A DNA stretch of 60,760 nucleotides, taken from an uncultured virus (IMG/VR IMGVR_UViG_3300025121_000017) (Duplodnaviria > Heunggongvirae > Uroviricota > Caudoviricetes). Of this stretch, positions 32,095 to 40,834 are shown piece by piece. Location of the stretch: the IMG/VR virus record IMGVR_UViG_3300025121_000017. The stretch is one strand, 5' to 3'. Under the pieces are notes generated by a model that had not been told where the DNA came from, did no database searches, and saw nothing but the letters and a program-made list of their open reading frames with translations. Within the stretch, counting starts at the first letter, position 1. Every line of letters begins with the position of its first letter. The position numbers and the translations under genes were made by a program.

Positions 32095-33099
32095 TCAATT
32101 CACCCCACTCAACCCATCCCAAGTCCGATGATTCCCCTGCCAGTAACCGCACCACTCCGGACTAACCGGGCTCTTCATCGCACGCCCCAGGATCATCTTG
32201 AAGATGCTGCCGTTCGATTCCCGGCGGGTGTCCTCCCTGAAGGCCATCTCCCGCGCGTACTGCACGAGGTACTTCGGCGAGATGTGGTGGTGCTGGCCCA
32301 GGTGGCAGCGTAGCATCCGCGAGAAAAACGACTCACACAGGTTGATACACGCGCCGTTGCTGGCGTCGGAGTATTGAACGCTGTGGGATACCCGGACAGT
32401 GGCGAAGAACTTCCCGAGCGCGTCGTAGCCGGAATGCTCGTCAGCGTGGATTAGCGCGTCCGGGCTGACGCTGTTGCAGACGATCGGGGTGATGTCGAGC
32501 TGGTTCTCCGAACGGATGACATGAGCGAAAGACCGGTTGCCGTCTTTCTCACGGAGCAGGAGAACGCAGCGTTTGTTGCCGTTCTGGTTGACCGGCTTGC
32601 GCCGATCCTTGCGGTCCGCTTTCCGGTTGGCCGGTTTCGTGTACCCGCCGAAATAGGATCCGTCCAGCTCTACCTCTCCCTCGAGCGGGCTGGTGTCCGT
32701 GCCGTTGATGATGGCTTCACGAAGCTTGTGGACCAGGACAAACGCCGTGCGGTACTGCACGTCCAGATCGCGCGACATCTGAAGCGCACTGTGGCCCTTG
32801 GCGCTGTTGCTGAAGATCGCGATTGCGGCGAGGTAATCCTGGAGGGGGAGCTTGTGGCTCGAGAAGAGGGTGCCTGACGTGACACTGAACTGCTTGTAGC
32901 ACCCCCGCTTCGCGCACTTCCAGATCCGGCGAGCAGCCAGGAAGTAGTGGGTCATTCCGCCGCACTTCGGGCAGACCGGCTTGCCGTCCTCCCATCGCAT
33001 GTCCTTCATGGTGTCGAACGCTTCCTCGTCGGTCATCCGAAAGATTTCTTTCAGAGAAAGGGTGCGGGAGTTGGCGCGGAGCAGGAAGTGTTGAGCCAT
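32095..33099 (-). CDS. IS1595-family transposase
   Basis: Zn ribbon CPKC...WKC...C; VELDGSYFGG, IHADEHSGY, NLCESFFS, HHHISPKYL...EMAFR. Confidence 0.93.
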   Translation of the reverse strand: MAQHFLLRANSRTLSLKEIFRMTDEEAFDTMKDMRWEDGKPVCPKCGGMTHYFLAARRIWKCAKRGCYKQFSVTSGTLFSSHKLPLQDYLAAIAIFSNSAKGHSALQMSRDLDVQYRTAFVLVHKLREAIINGTDTSPLEGEVELDGSYFGGYTKPANRKADRKDRRKPVNQNGNKRCVLLLREKDGNRSFAHVIRSENQLDITPIVCNSVSPDALIHADEHSGYDALGKFFATVRVSHSVQYSDASNGACINLCESFFSRMLRCHLGQHHHISPKYLVQYAREMAFREDTRRESNGSIFKMILGRAMKSPVSPEWCGYWQGNHRTWDGLSGVN

Positions 33100-33115
33100 G
33101 AGGAGCCTCGCTTGT

Positions 33116-33207
33116 GTTACGCTATGAGTAACTATTATGACGCTACGCGTAACGAAAGTCAAAGCATTTGTTATGCGTAGCGTAAAATATGTTGCGTCTG
33201 GCGTAAC
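33116..33207. promoter_or_regulatory. four 17-bp imperfect palindromes, consensus GTTACGC-N3-GCGTAAC
   Basis: 33116-33132, 33137-33153, 33170-33186, 33191-33207, between divergent transposase and DUF6471-like genes. Confidence 0.7.
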
Positions 33208-33253
33208 GACAAGGTAAGCTCAGCTCGTAGTTTTACCAAGAAGGGGTTGAGCC

Positions 33254-33505
33254 ATGGCAGAGAACGAAGAGACTCCCGATCCTGACCAGGAATGGCGGGA
33301 ACGCGCGAAAGGCATTCTACGGGCGGAGATGGCCCGTAAACGCATGGACTACCAGACGCTTGCGGATGAGCTGGTCAAACTCGGGGTTCAGGATACGGCG
33401 GCAAGTCTACGCGCGAAGATGTTTAGAGGCGGGTTTAGCGCGGTTTTCTTCCTGCAGGTGCTGACTGTGCTGGGGTGCAAGGAGATCAAGTTAGACTGGC
33501 TGTAA
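33254..33505 (+). CDS. DUF6471-like small HTH-type protein
   Basis: WRERAKGILRAEMARKRMDYQTLA...LRAKMFRGGFSAVFFLQVL. Confidence 0.75.
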   Translation: MAENEETPDPDQEWRERAKGILRAEMARKRMDYQTLADELVKLGVQDTAASLRAKMFRGGFSAVFFLQVLTVLGCKEIKLDWL

Positions 33506-33548
33506 CAGTTGCAGAAGCGAGGGGATGCCCCTCTTGCTCGAGCAAGGA

Positions 33549-33596
33549 CACCCTCACGCCGGTTCGTGTCGGCTAAACCTGACCGGCGTGAGGGTG
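33549..33596. repeat. perfect 15-bp inverted repeat
   Basis: CACCCTCACGCCGGT-18 nt-ACCGGCGTGAGGGTG. Confidence 0.85.
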
Positions 33597-33666
33597 CTTT
33601 ATCTCCCGAAGGAGACGTGGAAGCATAGCATCCGCGCGTCCTTCGGTAAACGGAGGAGTGCGCCCG

Positions 33667-34020
33667 ATGAGTGCGAAACGAAGACCTGAACATGATTTTG
33701 TTGAGTGTGAAGCGGATCTTGAACTGCGTGACCCGCACGATCCCGCCTATTTATTGATCTCTGCTGTCCTGGTCCCCGGCATCTGGACACTCGAGCACGG
33801 ACGGACGATGCCCAACGACACGGGTGAACTCCTGCGAGGGATCGAGCTGTTACTTGTGGGTGTGGCGGAGCCGGACACGCGATGCATGGTGAGCGGACTC
33901 AATCAGGCCGTGAAGGCTATGAACCGGCTCATTGTCGCGGCTCAAGCGCTTCGGGACGAGCTGGAGCCGGAAGAGGTTGAGACGGAGGATGACGATGAGG
34001 AGGACGAGAAACCGAACTGA
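33667..34020 (+). CDS. hypothetical passenger protein
   Basis: GGAGGAG RBS; acidic tail. Confidence 0.6.
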   Translation: MSAKRRPEHDFVECEADLELRDPHDPAYLLISAVLVPGIWTLEHGRTMPNDTGELLRGIELLLVGVAEPDTRCMVSGLNQAVKAMNRLIVAAQALRDELEPEEVETEDDDEEDEKPN

Positions 34021-34116
34021 CGAACGTGAGTAGGAGCTGCTACCGCTCGAGGAATGGGGTCGGGGGCGGTAGCGTTTTGGCTCGAGCTGGTATTGGTGAG
34101 CTTGCTACAGAATACC

Positions 34117-34395
34117 GGAGACTTCTCGGGCCGACTCTGGGAGGTGAAGCGTAAGCTTGGGCGTGCGTATGAAACGATGCAGGACGCGAAGCAGTGCGCT
34201 AGCCCATCTCTCGCCGCAACCCAGCAGGCCCTGGTCAAGATTCTATTGGCGCAGTACGCCGTCGATGCGGTATACTGTCAACTGGATCAAGTGCTTGCCG
34301 CGGTCGAGGCGTCCACGTCCGTTGCGTTTATTCCAGCCGAGCGAGCCGCTATCATTGAAGCTGTCGTAGCCTTACCAAGCAAGGAATGCGGTTGA
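34117..34395 (+). pseudogene. 3' remnant of the phage gene interrupted by the IS (its ATG is at 29892)
   Basis: Removing the element gives ATG AAC GGA GAC TTC..., a 94-aa ORF behind an AAGGAG RBS. Confidence 0.7.
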
Positions 34396-34901
34396 GCACA
34401 GCCAGTAGCACAGAACGCCGGTTCGGTCGCCTTACCGCCATACGTCCAGCCCCGATTCCCCACCACCCACGCTACGGTCCCTGGTGGGTCTTCTCGTGCG
34501 ACCACGGCGGCAACCCGCAGTTTGGTCCGCCGCGTCTCGTCGTGCGCTTGAGACATCGCGTAGCTGTCGAGGGCCTCCAGTCGTGCGGCTGCTTACGGTC
34601 GACCACGCACGGTGATACCGTAGGTGTGGCGCAGAGTGGACAGGTGCCGACCGAGTACAGCGTTTGGACGAAGATGCGCCATCGCTACAACCCAGACGTG
34701 TGCGATGCCTGGCAGGACTACGCTACTTTCCTTCGCGACGTGGGGCGCTGTCCAGACGGCTGGCGGCTGCGACGGGCCGATCCTGGGCTCCCGTGGCGCC
34801 CGGATAACGCGCAGTGGGTAGCAGGCGAGAGGCGGAACTGGCGGCGGGATGCGGATTGTCGGTTCTTGGCGGAAGTGGCCCGGGAGCTGGGGATCGCTTA
34901 A
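34386..34901 (+). CDS. degenerate HNH-type homing endonuclease-like protein
   Basis: RFGRLTAI, SCGCL...HG, EYSVWTKM, VCDAWQDYATFLRDVG...PDNAQW; catalytic segment eroded. Confidence 0.65.
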   Translation: MRLSTASSTERRFGRLTAIRPAPIPHHPRYGPWWVFSCDHGGNPQFGPPRLVVRLRHRVAVEGLQSCGCLRSTTHGDTVGVAQSGQVPTEYSVWTKMRHRYNPDVCDAWQDYATFLRDVGRCPDGWRLRRADPGLPWRPDNAQWVAGERRNWRRDADCRFLAEVARELGIA

Positions 34902-36652
34902 AGGAAAGCTAGCAGATCTTCCGGCAGGTCCGCGTTGCTCGCTTGAGCTCGCACCTTCTGCTTGCTCCTCGCCGCCGGCTTCCTCTCCGCCTTCGCCCCA
35001 CCCATCCAGCTCATCAAATCGTCCTCCGCCTCCCGCTGCTCGAGGTGCGCCTGGTAGCAGCCCCACTCCGGCCCATCCTCCATCCCCAGCAGGAAGGCAA
35101 AACACGCTTCGCCTTGTCCCGAGCGGTGATGCCGCTTAAGTGACTGCGCCCACTGGATGCTCGAGCCGCACGGCTCGACGTACACGCTCTTCGAGACGTG
35201 CTGCAGGTTCAGCCCTGCACCGCCGACGCCCGGGTGCAGTGCGCATCGACTCAACCGCCCGGATCGCCAGTCCGCGATGACCGTGTCCCGCGCTCGTGAC
35301 GGAGTCCCGCCGTGAAGCACACCTACGCCTCCGGACCTGGCGCGCGCTATGACCGCGCGGTACTCCGGGCTGCTTACCTTGACGCTGGAAGCGTGGGTGT
35401 CAAGTTCTTCCTCCTCGAACTCTTCCTCTGGCGTCTCGCTTGGCGGTATCGCTGCGACCATGCGCATCGCGTCGTCAGGCGTCACGCCCGCTGCGACCAG
35501 TGCAGCCGACAGCAGCGTCCGGGACCGTACCGCCCACAGCGAGCACGCTGCGTCATCCCCCAGCTCATCCAGCACGCCGCGCAGCAGCTCCAGCTTGTCA
35601 GCGTGGATCGGCTTACCCTCGAGCCACCCGGACGACATCTCCAGGCAGCGCATCGCAGCGACTCCGCCGTTCTGCGCTTCCGTCACGAGCTCTACGCTTC
35701 CGGCGGCTCCGGACGTGACGCGGCGTTCCTTCCGCATCTGTCGGAGCATGCGCCCCGCCTCGGCCCCCATGCCTCCGGTGCGCCTGAGAATCGTGAGCGG
35801 AGGCAGGTCTGGCAGTGCCTCCGCCTCAGTGACGCGAGCGGTAAAGGCTCGCTGCGGCTCGAGCAGGTCACGAGCGACGCGGTCGTGGTCGATCTCCCGG
35901 ATCATGGGACCCCCGGAGACCACCTTCCCAGCCGGGTCCGTGCAGACGCAGTAGCGGATTTTGAAGTCGCGAAACGTGGGCAGCTGAAGCTGCGCCAGGA
36001 TCCACGGCGCGACGATGGCCGTATGCCCCCAGAGGCGCCCGTGCGTGTCTCTGCCCATGAGCGTCCCGGTGCAGGCGGTCACAACGTCAGCGTTCCAGGC
36101 CAGCGCGCGCGCGACACGGGCTCGAGACGAGTCCGGGACGGTATAGAGGTGCGCTTCATCGAGCACGACGCCCAGACCGCTCTTCTTGAGCCTATCGAGC
36201 CGCTCCCAGGCGACACGGGGCGAGCTTCCCTTCTTTGGTGCAGGTACCGTCAGCATCGTTCGCAGTCGGTCAGCCGTCACGCCATAGACGTGCATGGGCT
36301 CGCCGGGTCCGGTGGCGGGCGGGCGGGCGCTGCCTGCGGCCCAGGACTCGAGCAGCTTCACGTCTTTGCGTCCGGTGCGGCAGTCGTGCCAGACGACCCC
36401 GTCGCCCCACTGCTCCGCCAGCTCCGCCGCCCAGCCCGGCACGACAGGATCAGGCGCGACGACCAGCAGATAGCGTAGGAAACCGTCCGCGCGGAATTCG
36501 CGGAGGCGTTCCGTGGTCGTGAGGGTTTTTCCGAGTCCGGGGTCGGATAGGTCAGAGGAACGCGGTTGGTGGTGGAGATGCGCAGCTACGCGGGTTTGGT
36601 AGGGGCGAAGGGTTTTCAAGATCCTATCCAGACGCAAAATGAAAGATGGCAT
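34898..36652 (-). CDS. SNF2-like SF2 helicase
   Basis: LRPYQ, DPGLGKT, VLDEAH, CTGT, GAGLNLQ, QSLKRHHRSGQ. Confidence 0.9.
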   Translation of the reverse strand: MPSFILRLDRILKTLRPYQTRVAAHLHHQPRSSDLSDPGLGKTLTTTERLREFRADGFLRYLLVVAPDPVVPGWAAELAEQWGDGVVWHDCRTGRKDVKLLESWAAGSARPPATGPGEPMHVYGVTADRLRTMLTVPAPKKGSSPRVAWERLDRLKKSGLGVVLDEAHLYTVPDSSRARVARALAWNADVVTACTGTLMGRDTHGRLWGHTAIVAPWILAQLQLPTFRDFKIRYCVCTDPAGKVVSGGPMIREIDHDRVARDLLEPQRAFTARVTEAEALPDLPPLTILRRTGGMGAEAGRMLRQMRKERRVTSGAAGSVELVTEAQNGGVAAMRCLEMSSGWLEGKPIHADKLELLRGVLDELGDDAACSLWAVRSRTLLSAALVAAGVTPDDAMRMVAAIPPSETPEEEFEEEELDTHASSVKVSSPEYRAVIARARSGGVGVLHGGTPSRARDTVIADWRSGRLSRCALHPGVGGAGLNLQHVSKSVYVEPCGSSIQWAQSLKRHHRSGQGEACFAFLLGMEDGPEWGCYQAHLEQREAEDDLMSWMGGAKAERKPAARSKQKVRAQASNADLPEDLLAFL

Positions 36653-36655
36653 TAA

Positions 36656-36691
36656 AATGTCATTGACATTCTAAACGAACTGCCTTATATT
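36656..36691 (+). promoter_or_regulatory. box-promoter 7 (abuts the SNF2 start codon)
   Basis: AATGTCATTGACATT; TTGACA-17-TATATT. Confidence 0.85.
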
Positions 36692-37197
36692 CTGGCACAT
36701 GCTCGACTTGAGCACAACATTAAAATCTGAACGAAACGAGGTATGTCATGCGTTATCTGAGTGCGTTGGTTCTGGTGGGGCTGTTTGTGGTGGCGGTTGT
36801 TGAGGGAGCGGGGAAGATTATTGACGCAGGGCAGGAAGTGGCCCGGGTCGAGCGGGAGAAGGTTGAGGCGCAGTTCGACAACTAACCCGTCCACCGCACT
36901 GAGGTCGCTCAACATGCAGTCCAAAAGTGAGCCAATCGCCAAGAACCACTTATCCGAGAACTTCTGGCTCGCGCCACATTACTTCAAGCAGACTCTCACG
37001 CGGCGGCAGCTCAAGGAATCTCTGCTGTATCATGGCGGCTGGATTCTGGCGTGCGGGGAAGGCTGGACGATCAAGTCTAAACATCTCGGCGCGGGCGTGT
37101 ACGAAGTGAGTCTCGTGAGGCGCTGAAGTATCGATCCACAGCACCGTGCGGCACAACATTAAGCCCTGGCCCGGCAGGCACAGAGAGCACCACGAAC

Positions 37198-37479
37198 ATG
37201 AAATCACTTACTTTCTTCTTCGCTATTCTGATAAGCGTGTTGACTGCGTGCTGCCCGCCGACTGAGGTTCAGTCCGGTGCTGAGCACGAAGCCCAGATCT
37301 GGCTCGCCGCGCAGTATCCCGACGCAAAGGTTCGCGTTGCGACGTGTGTCGCGCAGGACAGTAACGCCGACGGGTACGTGAGCTGCACTGGGCGTGCAGA
37401 CGCGACGCAGATGGCCCTCGATTGCGGGTTTCCCTGCAGCTCGACGGGTGGATGTCGGCTGTCGATGGAGAGGGACTGA
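37198..37479 (+). CDS. putative lipoprotein
   Basis: MK, hydrophobic core, lipobox LTAC; Cys-rich. Confidence 0.6.
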   Translation: MKSLTFFFAILISVLTACCPPTEVQSGAEHEAQIWLAAQYPDAKVRVATCVAQDSNADGYVSCTGRADATQMALDCGFPCSSTGGCRLSMERD

Positions 37480-37482
37480 GGC

Positions 37483-37821
37483 ATGGCAGACATTGACTAC
37501 CCAGATGTGCTCGACTGGCTGCTGAGCGATGACACCGGACGCAGCAGCCTGACGATCCTGGCCGTGATGTGTGGAAGACCTTTGGCGCATCAGTCTCCTC
37601 CCAGCGATAACTCAGACTTTGGCAGGTGCTATCGCCTTCTGCAACGTTTCCCGGACTGGAAACCGCGCATGCCGGAGGTGGCTGCCCGCTATCCGGCATG
37701 GGAGCCTCTCGTGCAGGTGTGGGACGAGCTGACGCGCATCTATGAGGCGAACAAGACGTCGCCTCAGCTCTATGCGAAGTTAAACGTCCTGAACCGTGTC
37801 ACCCACAGGAGACCCCGATGA
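37483..37821 (+). CDS. phage hypothetical protein
   Basis: GAGG RBS; WLLSDDTGRSS...PSDNSDFGRCYRLL. Confidence 0.7.
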   Translation: MADIDYPDVLDWLLSDDTGRSSLTILAVMCGRPLAHQSPPSDNSDFGRCYRLLQRFPDWKPRMPEVAARYPAWEPLVQVWDELTRIYEANKTSPQLYAKLNVLNRVTHRRPR

Positions 37822-38299
37822 TTACTCGAGTCTACCCACACGATCACACATTCGACGCGCGTCTCTACCTCGTCGAAGACCTTACGGCTCCGGGCTTCCC
37901 GGAAGTCTTCCGCGGCACTCGCTTCGACTGCGAGACCTACGCCGAAGAGCATGCTCCCGGGCAGTGGGGACACGGCATCGGCGCTCACCGAACAGAATGC
38001 AGTATCACGCAGTGGGACGATGGACGTTTCAGCGTCGGGCATCAGCCCATCTCAGTAGACAGAGCGCGGCTTCGTGTCATTATCTTTCATGACGTGGACG
38101 GGTATCGCTTCGCTGATTCCGGCGCGTGCATTCCGTCCCGCCACGGCTCGAGGTACGCGTCCATTTACGGGGACTGCTTGCCGCGGTACCAAGGGCGACA
38201 CGCGTTTGAACTGTCCGTCGCGTGGAAGCATGCGCTCTCCTGGGGAGAGTATGTACAAACGCGTCTCGTGCCGCATAAGCCGGAGGCGGTGTTAGCCTT

Positions 38300-38500
38300 A
38301 TGAGACAGCCGATCCCCAGCGAAGCCACCGCCCTCCGCTCCCTGGTCCGCACTCGCCGCCCCGACCGCATGCGTGCCGTGGCGATCCTCCACGCCTTAAA
38401 CGGCTCTAACATCGCGCAGATCTGTCGCGCGACAGGGCACGAACGCGCCGTCGTGCGTCGATGGCTGGATGAGTGGGAGCGCGCCCTACCGATCCAATGA
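38300..38500 (+). CDS. small helix-turn-helix protein
   Basis: NIAQICRATGHERAVVRRWL. Confidence 0.6.
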   Translation: MRQPIPSEATALRSLVRTRRPDRMRAVAILHALNGSNIAQICRATGHERAVVRRWLDEWERALPIQ

Positions 38501-38567
38501 CCGGCGCGCCCTGTGCGTGTGGTGATTGAGGAAGCGCTGGAAGCGCTGGACCACAGAGGAGATATAG

Positions 38568-39068
38568 ATGGGACGAAATAAACTGCATGACGATGGCGGG
38601 CTACCTTCGCTCCCAGGCGTCTATCAAATCAAATGTGCGGCCACCGGCGAAATCTATATCGGCAGTTCTGTGGATATGGCCAGACGCTGGCGGCGTCACC
38701 AGCAGGCATTGAAGGCTGAGTCCCACCCGAATGCTGCACTGCAAATGGCATGGGGTAGCTACGGGTGGGAAGGATTCACAGTAAGCGTGCTTGATCAGAC
38801 GGACGACTACCCAGCGGTAGAGAAACAACGTATTCGCGAACTGTGCCCGCGTCTTAATTGCGTGCTGACAGAGAATCCAGAGTGCCCACCCAAGCCCCGT
38901 GGCATCACCCACAACGGAGGCCGGAAGCCGAAGCCGCCCGGCGACAAAGCGCGAAGCTTCAGCCTGACCCTATCCGCAGCAGAACACCGACGGGTCTCCG
39001 CCGCAGCTGCGCGAGACGGAATGACGATCCAGCAGTGGATTATCAGCCTGGTCGCTCAGGCGAAGTAG
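38568..39068 (+). CDS. GIY-YIG nuclease with C-terminal RHH-like region
   Basis: GVYQI...IYIGSS...RW..H; C-terminal GGRKPKP...FSLTLSAAEH...GMTIQQWI. Confidence 0.8.
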   Translation: MGRNKLHDDGGLPSLPGVYQIKCAATGEIYIGSSVDMARRWRRHQQALKAESHPNAALQMAWGSYGWEGFTVSVLDQTDDYPAVEKQRIRELCPRLNCVLTENPECPPKPRGITHNGGRKPKPPGDKARSFSLTLSAAEHRRVSAAAARDGMTIQQWIISLVAQAK

Positions 39069-39149
39069 CCCCCTCGCCACGCTCGACCGGCTCCGGGAAT
39101 AGCGGCTAGCTGGCCCGGGAATAGCTCGCAAAGATTCTTTCTTTTCTTA

Positions 39150-39178
39150 TTGACTCCAGTTCCGCCAGTGATTATACT
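39150..39178 (+). promoter_or_regulatory. sigma70-type promoter without the box
   Basis: TTGACT-17-TATACT; CCTGAACGGAG further downstream. Confidence 0.7.
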
Positions 39179-39449
39179 ATTCTTAGTGAACAGTTAATGA
39201 ACACCCTGAACGGAGCAACGGAAATGAAACTCACACCTGCACAGAAGAAAGTTCTTGCTGACATCAACGCCACTGGACGAATGGCCCATGGCGGCAAGTC
39301 TAACGTGTGGCCTAGCTTTAATGTCCTCGAGAGGAATAACCTGGTCTGCCGAACGGCCACACTGAATGTCTATGTGGTGACTGAAGAAGGCAAAAAGCAC
39401 CTTTAATTAATACCCGAGCCCGGACGGTTATCCGGGCAGCGGAGGAACG

Positions 39450-39920
39450 ATGAAGCACACACTTACGAGTCTCCAACGGGAGATCTCCGATATTGAGGAT
39501 CGGTACCCAAACATTACGAACAAGGAGGAGAGCCGGTGCAGGTATTTGTCCCGGAAGTTCAAGGCGATGCTGCGTGGCGACGCACCGAAACCCAGCGGTG
39601 GCACCCCCCGTCCCGGCTTCGGCGGCAAGCAACCCGGAGCCGGGCGCAAGCCCTCACCCATCGGTGATAAGCCGATCCAGGTCAACGTACTCCTCGATCC
39701 AGACCTCTGCTGGAAGCTCGACACCCTACGCGGGACCGTTCCCCGGGCAGAGTGGTTTCGCCATCTGCTCGCTGAAGCCAGACCACCAAGGCCGCCCGTC
39801 GTGGTATCTCATCACGAGGTATTGTGCGCTGCGTGCTACCTGGCCGACGAGCCGTTTGCAACGTACCGGTGCACGAACGACACATGCCCAAACGCGATTG
39901 AACCGGAGGGCCAGTCCTGA
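39450..39920 (+). CDS. putative DNA-binding protein (GGxxPGAGRK plus RHH-like plus Zn finger)
   Basis: GGKQPGAGRKP, VNVLLDPDL...RAEWFRHLL, CAAC...C-x4-C. Confidence 0.55.
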   Translation: MKHTLTSLQREISDIEDRYPNITNKEESRCRYLSRKFKAMLRGDAPKPSGGTPRPGFGGKQPGAGRKPSPIGDKPIQVNVLLDPDLCWKLDTLRGTVPRAEWFRHLLAEARPPRPPVVVSHHEVLCAACYLADEPFATYRCTNDTCPNAIEPEGQS

Positions 39921-39975
39921 CGCAGGGTCGCTGATGCTACTCTGCCTGCGCGAACTGCCCGGAACGCGCCTAAAT

Positions 39976-40029
39976 CTTGACTATTCATTAAAATTTAACA
40001 TTGACGATCGTTCAGTTCGCTTCTATTCT
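39976..40029 (+). promoter_or_regulatory. 23-bp element copy 2 followed by promoter TTGACG-17-TATTCT
   Basis: Identical to 14938-14960; the -10 ends 7 nt before ATG 40037. Confidence 0.65.
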
Positions 40030-40036
40030 ATGCAGT

Positions 40037-40804
40037 ATGGAGCGAAACGACGCCTACTTCACACTCACATCCGCGATCGAGCAGCACGTTCTCCCACGCC
40101 TAACGTCTGCGGGCGCGGCAATCAACGCCGAGCTGGCCTGCCTGCCCGCGCCGCCTGAGAGTATCTCGAGCCTACCGCTGCGCAGCCGCGTCCAGATACT
40201 CGCCGCGCTCTTCCGCGCAGCCACGCTGGACCGCGTCTCTGCGCTGGTACTCAACCTGCTGTGGCACGACCGCTACACAGGAGATCCGCTGGCGGTGCTG
40301 CTCGCCGTGACCAGTGACGTTGAACCGACCGCGGCGCCCGACGCGCAGGAGAAGGGGTGCCATGTGCGTGTTGCGCGCGCACGGACTGGTAAGCTCGAGG
40401 GGTGCCACTACCGCGGCGAAATAGTAGAGCCTGTAGCTCCGGGGGCGATCCGCACGCTTCGAGGGAACATGACGGCGCAAGAGTTCGCCCACCGCACAGG
40501 TGTCGCGCCTGAGACACTGTCTCGGTGGGAGTGTGGGCATCGTCCGTGCAGCCTGGCACGCTTCACGACGCTGCGGGAGAGGCTTGCGTACCCTACTCGG
40601 CTGCTGGAGCTTCCCGTGCCCCTCGTCGCGGAGGGGCTCCGCTCCCAGTGGACCGTCCAGGAGCTCCTGGACCGTTCCGCCGCAGCGGAGCTGGCGCGCG
40701 GACGTCTCCCGCCGGTACCTGCGTACATCGTGCAGGAAGGCCTCGCTCGAGGTTGGAGCGTCGCGACGCTTCTGAGTGAGGCCCGGCGCAGCGAGTCCGT
40801 TTAG
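40037..40804 (+). CDS. XRE-type HTH domain protein
   Basis: IRTLRGNMTAQEFAHRTGVAPETLSRWECG. Confidence 0.7.
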   Translation: MERNDAYFTLTSAIEQHVLPRLTSAGAAINAELACLPAPPESISSLPLRSRVQILAALFRAATLDRVSALVLNLLWHDRYTGDPLAVLLAVTSDVEPTAAPDAQEKGCHVRVARARTGKLEGCHYRGEIVEPVAPGAIRTLRGNMTAQEFAHRTGVAPETLSRWECGHRPCSLARFTTLRERLAYPTRLLELPVPLVAEGLRSQWTVQELLDRSAAAELARGRLPPVPAYIVQEGLARGWSVATLLSEARRSESV

Positions 40805-40834
40805 CACTTCACACTCATTTGGAGCTCTGCCCGC

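Larger units (their letters stand above)
29897..34117. mobile_element. IS1595-family transporter element (ISNha5-like CGGnnTT ends) with passenger genes, 4221 bp
   Basis: Terminal inverted repeats CGGTATTCTGTAGCAA(C/G)CTCACCAA at 29897-29921 and 34093-34117 (24/25 match); internal transposase; cargo visibly lower in GC. Confidence 0.9.

Noticed and set aside
29889..34125. 8-bp target-site duplication of the IS
   Set aside because: Flanks GAAATGAA and GAGACTTC do not match
34054..34395. 113-aa ORF as listed
   Set aside because: Its first 21 codons lie inside the IS end; better explained as the remnant of the interrupted gene
34386..34901. Active homing endonuclease
   Set aside because: The expected DRID...N segment reads LRRADPGLPW, so it is probably inactive
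38300..38500. IS630 transposase
   Set aside because: Only an HTH segment; no DDE domain or inverted repeats nearby
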